Assembly: GCA_000934665.2 (NCBI GenBank)
Contig: JYFJ02001518.1
Span: 57,263-77,262 of the forward strand
Direction of reading: 5' to 3'
Source: Catajapyx aquilonaris
Lineage: Eukaryota
Length of the DNA stretch: 20,000 nucleotides
Shown: positions 11,010 through 20,000 of the stretch, in pieces
How positions within the stretch are numbered: position 1 is the first letter of the stretch
How the letters are laid out: each line of letters starts with the position of its first letter
The notes under the pieces: generated by a model
Database searches by the model: none
Told to the model about the DNA's origin: nothing
The model's input: only the letters and a program-made list of their open reading frames with translations
Position numbers and translations under genes: made by a program

Positions 11010-11505
11010 GGGCACTTGCCGCCATCTTGCATGCCATTATACCTTCCTGCATTGGCGCTAGTATATCTGCAATGGAATCGCGCTGTGGAACTCGCTGTGC
11101 CATAGCTACAGCGACCCTGACGGCACAATTACATTAACACCGAGCTCTATAGGCGTTAATGCATACTTGCAAATTCTTTGCTCATTTTTGCAGCACTGCA
11201 GGAATGGTGGTGAAGACGCAGGTGGGGGGAGGCGGAGGGGGGGNATATCCTGTGCTGACTCTGATTCTATGCTGACACCAGAGCTTTGCACCAGAGTCAG
11301 CACAATAGCCAGCACAACAGACGGCACAAAAAAGCAAATTTGTGCTGGCTCGGAGTCAGCACATAGCCAGCACATGATTTGCCGTGTTGTACCATAAGGG
11401 TCACTGCAGCTATGGCACAGCGAGTTCCACAGCACGATTCCATTGCAGTTATACTAGCGCCAATGTGGGAGGGGATAATGGCACACAAGATGGCGGCGAG
11501 TGCCC
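11010..11505. mobile_element. Non-autonomous DNA element with about 110-bp inverted arms, in an FBXL intron
   Basis: 11010-11120 is an imperfect reverse complement of 11386-11505. Exact termini and TSD are unresolved. Confidence 0.7.
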
Positions 11506-11604
11506 CGACCTAGCATTCTTAGACCGTGGTTGGGCCTTGCGCTAGTATTTTCTTTCCACCATAATAACAAGCAATGGCGCAAATAGGTTTTCCATTACTC
11601 ATCG

Positions 11605-11826
11605 TCTCTAGGTTCGTCTCGGGTGGAATTTCCGCTAGACATATCCATCCGGGGGAGTTCACAAATTATGTACCATCTTGGAAACTTTGCACTGCACATT
11701 CCCTCCTGTCAGGCCCAGGCGACTCAAATTAATAGGCACCCAAAAATTTAACACCGATCAATTAAAAAATAAAAATAAAGGTCAAAGTGCTTGCAAGAAG
11801 CACTACCCACAATTTAAAAAAAAAAA
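11605..11826 (+). mobile_element. Degenerate 3' part of a family B SINE with poly(A) tail
   Basis: ttcgtctcgggtgg...ccgggggagttcac...aaataaaggtc...gaagcactacccacaatt matches the reverse complement of 17856-18075. Confidence 0.7.
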
Positions 11827-12821
11827 TTTAACTCGTACACCAATTGTACTCCAAACACTAGTTGCATATTCACCACTTGGTTTGCAGCCATTCTTCTCTG
11901 CCACTGACAAAGCCTGATCAATTCTCACTTCTCCTGTTGCTATGGCCAAACAACCTGCACAATTTTTGTGTGTGGAGGTCTGACACCTGTAACATTAGAG
12001 GTTGCAATGAGGTACATCTACTGTGATCAATTGATCTTCCACATCACTACTTGAGTGACCTCTAGATGAACATTTAGCCGTATATTGATAGGTCTCTCTA
12101 TGCGCCATAATGAACTGCACTAACACCCCGACCCCCACCCCTCCAAACCCACCCCCCAAATCCTACCGAAGGGGCCGTGACATTGCCACACTGCCAGTAT
12201 CCCACCAGTCCCTCACCCAACCTTAACCCCTTCAGCCCCAGCCGCCTAGAATCTAGGCGCTGAGAACTTGACCGCCAGGTAACAGCTATATCTGCCACCA
12301 CCTAGGTTTCCGCTTACTCGTGCGCTGAAGATACGACCAAGATATTTTACAAATAATAACAGCTCTACTTACCCAGTCAGGGAAAACACTGTGAATGTGT
12401 TGAAAACAATTTCCCTCCCATAGAAATTAATTTCCAAAAAGATCGCCGCACAGTATAGCCGCTATATTTCCGCCTAAATTTTCCCTCCTGTTCAACTTAC
12501 AAGTAATCTGAAGGTAAGGGCAAGATATTTTACAAACAGTAACAGCTATACTTACCCGTTACAGGCTTATAGGCTGATTTTTACCAGTTTTAATTTAGTT
12601 CATATTTTGGGTTTGCTTGTGGCTCCCATAATCGCTGACTACCCCTTATAGGGAAATCTTGTGATGGTGTTGTCGTTGTTTATACTTACTGGTTCATGCA
12701 AAACACAAGGTATGTATTGGAAACAATTTTCCCTGGCTAGAAGTCCGTAAATTAATTTCCAAAAAGATCTCTGTAAAATATGAAAATCCGAGTACTATCG
12801 GCCAACTGTTAAGGTGATTTA

Positions 12822-13403
12822 CAGTAAAACTTCTATAAGTCAAATCTACATGGGACCAGGAAAAAACTTCGATTTATAGAAGATTCGAGTTAGAGAAGTT
12901 TGGAGTTTTTGAAACACATAATTCTATAAGGAAGCCTACATCTATACAGCGACGAAAGGTGTTCAAAACTTAAAAATTACTGTCACTATCACACTTAAAA
13001 TGTTCCTCATTGTTTTGTTGTAAAAAAAAATCTATGTTATGGACATTTGCCTACTCTTAGATTCAAGGATTCAATTCTCACAATCGAGTCAAACACTTCT
13101 TTCCGTACGTCTGGTAGATGGAGATCAGGAAATTGAGCCTTTCTGTGCATGTGGCCTACTCTCGACCCTTCGGCTGGGAAATGAGACAATTTTCCTTACT
13201 CACTAACATGAACTTCGACTTAGGGATACTGAAAATGCATTGATGTCCCATCGTAAGGTCCTGCCTGCACTTCGAGTTATGGAGAACTGCGAGTTAAAGA
13301 AATTCGAGTTAGGGAAGTTTATTTCCTATTCTTTTACATTGTGACCAACCAAGCTCGTCATTTTCTTCGACTTAGGGAAGTTCGACTTACAGAAGTTTTA
13401 CTG
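12822..13403. mobile_element. Tc1/mariner (pogo/Tigger-like) MITE
   Basis: TIRs CAGTAAAACTTCTATAAGTCAAA / TTCGACTTACAGAAGTTTTACTG, TA on both sides, subterminal ttcga(c/g)tta repeats. Confidence 0.85.
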
Positions 13404-13405
13404 TA

Positions 13406-13691
13406 TTTTTTATTTTTTTTTAAATGACACTGTGATAGGGCGGAGCCCTTTTAGGGGGGAAGAGGAGGTTCCCAAGGGAGGGCGCTGTAATTATAGTCAT
13501 TTCTGACTTTGTGAAATACACCAAACCTTTTCTCCTGGCCCTGGGCAGAGTATGGAGTGCAATTCTGCCAGGTCTGTCGGGTGGAAAGCGGAAAAAGACC
13601 CGGCCAAGCAGAGGTGATGGGGATGGGATTTGAACCCTGGGCTCCCGCTTGGCTGGCCAGTGGCGTAACCACCAGACCACCATGACTCTGC
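13406..13691 (-). mobile_element. tRNA-derived SINE, family E, with A-rich tail
   Basis: Minus-strand A box tggtctggtggtta, B box gggttcaaatccc, 3' stem-loop 13428-13459. Probable TSD aaggt(g/t)attta at 12811-12821 and 13692-13702. Confidence 0.75.
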
Positions 13692-15308
13692 AAGGTTATT
13701 TAATTATGAAATACGTTAAAATATACGGAATACCATTCTTGAGAACCGTGCCAGAAGACTTTGTTGAAATCGTTGTACTTTCCGAGAAATACGTAAATTA
13801 ATACTTTTCTGCGACTGGCCTGTCACTTCGGATTACTCCCAAATTTACTTGTTTCTCGAAAAGTACGGCAATTGCAGCAAATCCATTTGGCACCCTTCTC
13901 AAAATTGTTATTCTGTATATTTTAACATATTTCATAACTAAATCAGCCTTACAGTTGGCAGGCAGTACTCTAATTTCGAGTTTTTACAGCGGTATTTTTG
14001 GAAATTAATATAGGGATTTCTATGGGAGGGCAATTGTTTTCAACACATTCATAACGTTTTCCCTGAATGGGTAAGTAGAGTTGCTATTATTTGTAAAATA
14101 TCTTGTTCGCATCTTCAGCCCACGAGCAAGCGGAAAACTAGGCGGTGGCGGATATAGCGGGTACCTGGTGGTTGAGTTCTCAGCGCCTAGATTCTAGGTG
14201 GCTGGGGCTCAAGGGGTTAAAAATCAAATGTTTCAATTTGTAGTGACATTAAAAATTTTTTTCACAATAATCGAAGTGGAACAAAATATTCAAAAAAAGT
14301 CACAATTCGTATTTTAATATTTTCCGCAGATTGGGCTCTCGAATCCCTTCAAATAGAGTGGTCTAAGATTGGCACAATTGGTTCACGAGATATGAGTGAT
14401 TTCTGAAACGCAATTTTCCGTAAAGGCGCGAAAAGCAGGGTCGTCACCATAAGTGCAGGTTAGGCCTCCGGGCAAAGAGGGGCCCTGAATTCTCCGACGC
14501 GTTTTAGAAAAATTGGAGGACATCCACAAACCTAAAACATGCCTAGTATAACGTTGTAAGGTGTAATCCTCCCACTGTTCGTTTCAATGGACATGCCCCA
14601 TGCAACAATAGGAATAAACTGTGAACACTGTGTGTTCGGCATATTTCCATTGACTGGAAGTGGTAAGCGAAACGAGGTCGTCCCTGTCAAGAAAGGGTGG
14701 GCCACCTGTAATTCGTAACACCTTGCACCAGAATAAACGCGCTCAATGCTTCTCCCTGACCGACATGTGCCAAACCCAGCCCTGTTCTGCAAAGCGACTC
14801 CAGGCTCCTGTTGGTCCGCCAACGTACCTTTTTCGCCTCTCCTTTGCTGGCACCTTTCCCTCTAACCCAGAGCACGCCCAGAGTCCCAGACCCGACTAGA
14901 CGCAGTTAAGGGAGGGAAACAACAGGGATTAATCCAACAGGTGATCCACCAACAGCACACAAAGGAGACGCCATAACACAATTCACAATTGACCAATTTC
15001 CAGATGCGCGCCTCTCGCGGCCAATCATCGCCATCGCGGTCATTACCATTTATATCTCGTTGGTCATTACGGCCGTGTTCCATACTGTGGCGCTGGGGCC
15101 TGGGGTGGGTAGGGAGCGCCCGTCTCTGATTGGCCGGATAGGGGATAGGTGTAATCAGGGTGTAAGGATCCGCTGTCCCCAGACGCCAGACCTGCCCAGA
15201 CCACGCTGCCCCATGACTGCCCCAGACGTTTTGTCGTTGGACACTTGGACCCCGTGCTGAAGATCCACGCGGTAAGAGGGGGCACAAGTTTCCAGACCTT
15301 GTAGCCTG

Positions 15309-15316
<8 letters not shown>

Positions 15317-15378
<62 letters not shown>

Positions 15379-15634
15379 TGTTTGGGTAATGCTTTCACCC
15401 TATCAGGGTTTATCACATGGACCTTTATTTGTTGTATACATTGGAGCCTTTATACGTATCGCCCGGGCCCACGGGCAGGATGACAGGAGGGGATGTGCAA
15501 GTGCAGTGCATCTGACGTGTGGCCATTTTTAGTGAGCTCCCCCGGGTGGTTTAGTCTGTAGGAAATACCACCCGAGACGAAGCCAGAGGTGACCGACCTC
15601 TGCACGAGATGAAGGGGGTGTCCCCGGGCTGGGA
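15317..15634 (-). mobile_element. 5'-truncated SINE, family B, with (TAT)n tail
   Basis: Near-identical to 17855-18115. TSD agcctgtatatata at 15303-15316 and 15635-15648. Confidence 0.85.
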
Positions 15635-16108
15635 AGCCTGTATATATATACAAACCACGATACAACATTTCTCGGTTCTCGACCTTGGCGTGACATGTGC
15701 ATGGTGGAAAGCGTGGAAATAAGAGACCTGTGTGAATATAACATAGCCCACTCAATGAATTGAACAAAGGAAAGGTCGGTTCCGCTTCTCTGTTCAAACT
15801 AGGAACAGCAACTATTGAAGGTGCGTTCCCACCTTCGTGATAGCTGCGAATTATTATACTATACTGTCAATTACGAGTACTCATTATTTTACATGGTACA
15901 TTTGGAATCCAAGCTGGTATTGATATGCGGGCATGTATCGATATCCGGTTTGGAGTATCGATGTTTTTGATACGGATTGTGTCGGGCAGTGTCGGGTTCA
16001 GGACACGTTCAGGAGGCAGAAGTTACCAAGGTATATAGATTTCTTATTTCAATGGTCTAGAATTATTATGGCGGTAACGGAAGGGTTGAAATAGAATAAA
16101 AACTTACA

Positions 16109-16462
16109 GGGGAGGTGTGGTGGCCGTGATGGTAACATCACGGCTTGCTGAGTGAAAGGCCCCAGGTTCGATCCCCACCTGGGGAACGTTCCATTCACCT
16201 GCGTCAGGAGGGTCTCTGACCTGCACCAAGGAGGTGTCTGGCAACCTAACCTCCTGGGGGACAGCACATGACCCCTTTACCGACATTGCACTTGCACCGA
16301 TGTTCCCTCCCCAAAATCCCTACCCCTATCCTACATCCTAGACTCCTTGCACCGGTGTATGAAGTTAAACGGAGAGAAAATGGTGGTATCCCGCCCCCCT
16401 AAAAAGGCTAAGCCTTATCACGGGGTAACGTAAAAAAAATGACAAATAAAAAAATAACAAAA
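16109..16462 (+). mobile_element. tRNA-derived SINE, family A
   Basis: Highly similar to 4248-4540, with A/B boxes, 3' stem-loop 16394-16426, an A-rich tail and a degenerate TSD. Confidence 0.85.
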
Positions 16463-16583
16463 AATAAAATAAACATTTACACAAGTATGTACGAGTATTA
16501 ATGATGTGGCCATCTTGATGTGCACATGTGATGCTGAGAGGATTCGGCAAGGGTTCAAGTATGGCAGTATGTCTAATCTGCTA

Positions 16584-16858
16584 GGGCAACACGGTGGCCA
16601 AGCGGTTAGCGCCGCAGCCTTCCACCTCTAAGGGCCCGAGTTCGATCCCCGGGTCGGACGGAGGATACTTATGTGGATAGAGTTTCGATGGGTTCTCTCT
16701 GTGTTCGCGTGGGTTTTCTTGGGGTTCTCCCGTTTCCTCCCACTATCAAAATCCATCACATTACAGGCAAATGATTAGAATCGGTTATTCAAAAGATGAT
16801 CCCCCTAAGAGGCCCAAGGGGCCTATCACGGGGTATCCATCAAAACAAATCAAAACAA
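16584..16858 (+). mobile_element. tRNA-derived SINE, family C (V-domain-like core)
   Basis: A box tggccaagcggtta, B box gagttcgatccc. Core ttctctctgtgttcgcgtgggttttc..gggttctcccgtttcctcccac resembles the V-SINE domain. TSD atgtctaatctgcta at 16569-16583 and 16859-16873, (caaaacaaat)2 tail. Confidence 0.85.
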
Positions 16859-16965
16859 ATGTCTAATCTGCTAACAACCATTGTCCTGAGGTGTTGCTGG
16901 ATCAAAATTATTGGTCACTTGTAATATGTTAAGTTTGGAAATTCACTGCAGCTCAAGGAATGCTT

Positions 16966-17009
16966 TCTCTCTATCTCTCTCTCTCTCTCTCTCTCACTCC
17001 CTCTTTCTC

Positions 17010-17060
<51 letters not shown>
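16966..17060. repeat. (CT)n microsatellite (SINE tail)
   Basis: Direct inspection. Confidence 0.95.
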
Positions 17061-17065
<5 letters not shown>

Positions 17066-17399
17066 CTGTTTTTTTTCATTACCCCACGGGGGGAGCTATC
17101 TACTCCTTAGGGGGGGTGGATTACCACCATTGGTATTTATTTGGAGCGTGTTAAGAGAATCTTATTAATTACTCCAAGGGTTGGTAGGAGGGGATGTGCA
17201 AAGTGCATGTGCGCTGTCGTTGAGTGGTCATTTTGTGAACTCCCCCGGGTGGATTAGTCTTTCGGAAATTTCCACCCGAAATGAAGCCAGAGATGGCCCA
17301 ACTCTGCACGGATAAAGGTGGGAACCCCGGGTGGGGATTGAACCCGGGACCTTCATATCCGTGGGCGCACGCGTTACCACGACGCCACTTCATCTCCCC
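16966..17399 (-). mobile_element. SINE with family B head/body and family A-type 3' end, (GA)n tail
   Basis: Head gtggcgtcgtggtaacgcgtgcgcccacggat...gggttcaatccc. Perfect 18-nt TSD gcagctcaaggaatgctt at 16948-16965 and 17400-17417. Confidence 0.85.
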
Positions 17400-17450
17400 G
17401 CAGCTCAAGGAATGCTTATTTTCACTACTTAATAGTAGAAGCTAATATTT

Positions 17451-17457
<7 letters not shown>

Positions 17458-17510
<53 letters not shown>

Positions 17511-17805
17511 CCGAAGCAGGTTGGCATAGTGGATAAGGCGTCCGACTGCTAATCGGGAGGTCCTGGGATCAAATCCCGGTGCCGGCAACTCTGACCGTGG
17601 TTTTCTGTGGTTTCCCACGGTCCTTCCAGGAAAATTCCGGAGTTGCTTCCGTAATTAATAGGCCACAGCCGCTTCCTTTCGTCCCTATCCTATCCCAAAA
17701 AGCGTAGTAAAATGAAAGCAAAGAGTTCTAGCCAAAACAAAAACTTCCCCCCTAAAGAGCCGATAGGCTGATAACGGGGTATGAATTATTATTATTATTA
17801 TTATG

Positions 17806-17853
<48 letters not shown>

Positions 17854-18184
17854 TAATTGTGGGGGGTAGTGCTTCACCTTTCGGCGTTCGGCACGGACCT
17901 TTATTATTTGATCGTACATAGTGTACAAGTTGGAGCCATAGAGAAGCGCCCGGGCCCACGGGCAGGATGACAGGAGGGGATGTGCAAGTGCAGTGCATCT
18001 GACGTGGTGGCCATTTTTAGTGAACTCCCCCGGGTGGTTTAGTCTGTGGAAATACCACCCAAGACGAAGCCAGAGGTGACCCTGAACTCTGCACGAGATG
18101 AAGGGGGTGTCCCCGTGTTGGGATCGAACCTGGGACCTTAACATCCGTGGGCGCATACGTTACCGCAGCGCCACTCCGCCTCCC
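17458..18184 (-). mobile_element. tRNA-derived SINE, family B, with (TAT)n tail interrupted by another SINE
   Basis: Minus-strand head gtggcgctgcggtaa ... ggttcgatccc. TSD aatatttgtaataa at 17444-17457 and 18185-18198. Confidence 0.85.
17510..17803 (+). mobile_element. tRNA-derived SINE, family D (Inv-domain-like body), nested in the family B tail
   Basis: A box tggcatagtgg, B box gggatcaaatccc. Body gaccgtggttttctgtggtttccc...ccagg...ggccacagccgcttcct resembles the conserved Inv domain of insect SINEs (recalled, not searched). 3' stem-loop at 17747-17781. Confidence 0.8.
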
Positions 18185-18363
18185 AATATTTGTAATAACC
18201 CCTCATCATTACACCATAGTGTGAAAGATCATTAACTGCAATGGAACCACACTGTATAAAACATAATGCAATTAAACGTCCACAAGTTAATTCACATGCA
18301 AGTCTCATATCCACAATTTATACTCTTAATTTTTCATCAGTTGAATCCCAGGATATTTGCACA

Positions 18364-18745
18364 ATGGCCGACAGTGACGAAGACCAGTGCGACTCCCCCA
18401 GCCTCAGCTTGACCACCTTTCTTTTTGGCAATGTGGATGCCAGTGGCCAACTGGAAGATGACTTTTTGGATGCTGCATCCAAGCGTCATCTGTCTTCCTT
18501 GGGTTGCCTGGGGCTCAGCTCATTGCTTGAGGAGGTCATCAGTGATCCTAATGGAATTAAGGGAAGGGATGGAAGTGATTCAGATTCAGATTCTGAGTCA
18601 GGGTACTCTGCAGATGGGGGAGGAGGGGGAATGGGACAGGCCGATTCTGGAGAAGTGAGGAAGTCACCATCTGCCATGGATTACTCTGACGTAGGAGAGG
18701 CCGAGGAGGACAGGAGCCTTGATGATGCTGTTAAATTTGATAACA
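18364..18745 (+). CDS. TAF1: Transcription initiation factor TFIID subunit 1, first coding exon (TAND, TBP-binding domain)
   Basis: MADSDEDQ...LTTFLFGNVDASGQLEDDFLDAASKRHLSSL..LGLSSLLEEV and SPSAMDYSDVGEAEED match the TAF1 N-terminus (FLFGNI..G.LE...LD...K.HL..L; A.DYSDI.E). ATG context acaATGG, upstream acceptor ttttcatcag at 18340, phase-1 donor A|GTAGGT at 18746. Confidence 0.93.
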
Positions 18746-18918
18746 GTAGGTATCAAAATTATAATAGGGGGGGGGGGGTTCACATTTTCAGATATTTCAT
18801 TTGACATTTGGAGAAAAGGAGTAACACAGCCAAAAGTCTATAAATAGTGTTGTCAAATAGAATTATTTTTTTCATCTTAGATTGTTGAATTCATTCAATC
18901 TCTTTTCCCTCAAATAAG

Positions 18919-19172
18919 GCACCGATTATGATGCAGATGATGAAGCCCAAAGAGGCAGGAAAACTGATGTACAGCTGATGCTCCCACCCCCTAACCCCAA
19001 ATCAGAAGGAAGTTTACCTACCACTGGTACATCTCCTTATGCAGCAACTGCGGCAGCAGCAGCAGCGGCTGCCAGGCAGAAAAAGCTGGAGACTCCACTT
19101 GCTGCCATGATGCCTGTCAAGTATATGGATGTTGCAGTGAGTGATATTTTTCCTGACTTTGGGGCTGATAAG
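18919..19172 (+). CDS. TAF1: TAF1 second coding exon (gene continues past the window)
   Basis: Acceptor AG at 18917-18918 keeps frame (A+GC = Ser). TDYDADDE...LMLPPP...KLETPLAAMMPVKYMDVAVSDIFPDFGADK matches TAF1 (PLA......V.ELFP.F...K|VLRF). Phase-0 donor AAG|GTGAAC at 19173. Confidence 0.88.
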
Positions 19173-19380
19173 GTGAACAGAGTGAGCAACTTATTGCATT
19201 CATTTGAAATTTACCACACATTAGTCTATAATATTAAAATCCTTAATTGTATGAGTAAGCGTTATGATTGGCCTGCTGTATAGTTAAAGCAACGCTTCCG
19301 ATTGGCCCCTCACACAACAATATGACTGATCAGTGGCCTTCAAAGAGTTCTGCTATTATATATAATATATTATATATATA

Positions 19381-19670
19381 ATTATCAGGATACCCGGCGT
19401 TGCTTGGGTTATGAAATACTTTTCCATAGGAGTGACTCATTGATTTGGGCCTTTGCAATACACCTTAACCTGGGCCTCGTCTGGGACTGTGTCCACAGAA
19501 CAGTGGGAAGGACCAGGTAGTTGGTTGAGGAGTTGTGCGTTGATGAGATTGACGGTGTTGTTTTTCGGAGCTAATATTGCTCTCTCACACAACCAACTGT
19601 GTCTCTGGTAGTTGAGGCAAAGATTGGGAAATACCTTAAATTTTAATTCATCGACAGAGGACACCTTCGT
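19381..19670 (-). mobile_element. Helitron remnant: PIF1-like helicase fragment fused to the 3' terminus (internally deleted), inside a TAF1 intron
   Basis: Peptide DELKFKVFPNLCLNYQRHSWLCERAILAPKNNTVNLINAQLLNQLPG matches the Helitron helicase motif (WL.ERAILAP.N..V..IN). It is followed by the same 3' hairpin as at 1093-1110, with the terminal CTAG decayed. Confidence 0.8.
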
Positions 19671-19739
19671 ACCGATCAATCCCATGTCAACATTTCCTAT
19701 AGGGCATCGGTTCTAAATTGGCCATTTCCTAATTTCAAC

Positions 19740-20000
19740 AGGTCGCATGCAAATTCCTCTGACAAGGGAACCTCTCGAAGTGTCACTCGAAGTCCAAGGT
19801 CAAATATTTTTTTTCGGGTTCCTCATCAGCTAGAAAGACAACACCCTTCTGGAGAAATCCTCGATCTCAAGCGTTTTCGAGATACAGGGGTCAAAAGGTC
19901 AATAATGGACCACTTTATGAAGGCCCTGAGGAAGCTATCATTAGTGCTATCGGCGAGATTTTTGGGATCTAGAGGTTTCTTGGGATGGGGAATACAGTGG
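19740..20000. mobile_element. Probable non-autonomous DNA transposon fragment in a TAF1 intron
   Basis: Motifs such as aaggtcaa (twice) and cgttttcgagatacagggg are typical of arthropod MITE interiors. No termini were seen. Confidence 0.3.

Larger units (their letters stand above)
12227..14216. mobile_element. piggyBac-like non-autonomous foldback element with nested insertions
   Basis: TTAA at 12223-12226 and 14217-14220, CCCCTT...AAGGGG termini, about 200-bp terminal inverted arms (12227-12445 vs 13990-14216). Inverted symmetry continues inward to a centre near 13800-13840. Confidence 0.85.

Noticed and set aside
12860..13400. CRISPR-like recurrence of ttcga(c/g)tta
   Set aside because: Short degenerate subterminal MITE repeats without regular unique spacers, in a eukaryotic context with no cas genes.
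14862..15416. 184-aa ORF with poly-Leu (also the poly-Ile/Leu/Tyr/Ser-Leu ORFs at 4419, 4463, 16911, 17752)
   Set aside because: Translation of microsatellite SINE tails, with no domain similarity.
18241..18363. N-terminal extension of TAF1 from ATG 18241, and ORF tail to 18804
   Set aside because: AT-rich intron-like sequence with an acceptor at 18340. Homology starts at MADSD, and the in-frame donor is at 18746.
19805..19835. Hammerhead-like CTGATGA-GG-AAC-CC-GAAA on the minus strand
   Set aside because: No stem I or stem III pairing and no cleavage triplet could be formed.

Overview
Eukaryotic (most likely arthropod/insect) nuclear DNA, very repeat-rich. Two spliced protein-coding genes lie head-to-head: an F-box/leucine-rich-repeat (FBXL-type) gene on the minus strand (exons 10668-10307 and 10243-9481; first coding exon not certain) and the 5' end of TAF1 (TFIID subunit 1) on the plus strand (coding exons 18364-18745 and 18919-19172, continuing beyond the window). 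Much of the rest is transposon-derived. It includes about five families of tRNA-headed SINEs (several with clear target-site duplications and microsatellite tails), many MITE/foldback DNA elements (TA, TTAA, AATT and 8-bp TSDs), two Helitron 3' remnants and nested insertions. Nearly all short ORFs in the track are repeat-derived noise. I see no convincing new protein-based system. The most interesting signals are a 3' stem-loop with compensatory changes shared by SINEs with otherwise different heads and bodies, a SINE with a swapped tail, and multi-level nested insertions. All alignments were done by eye.
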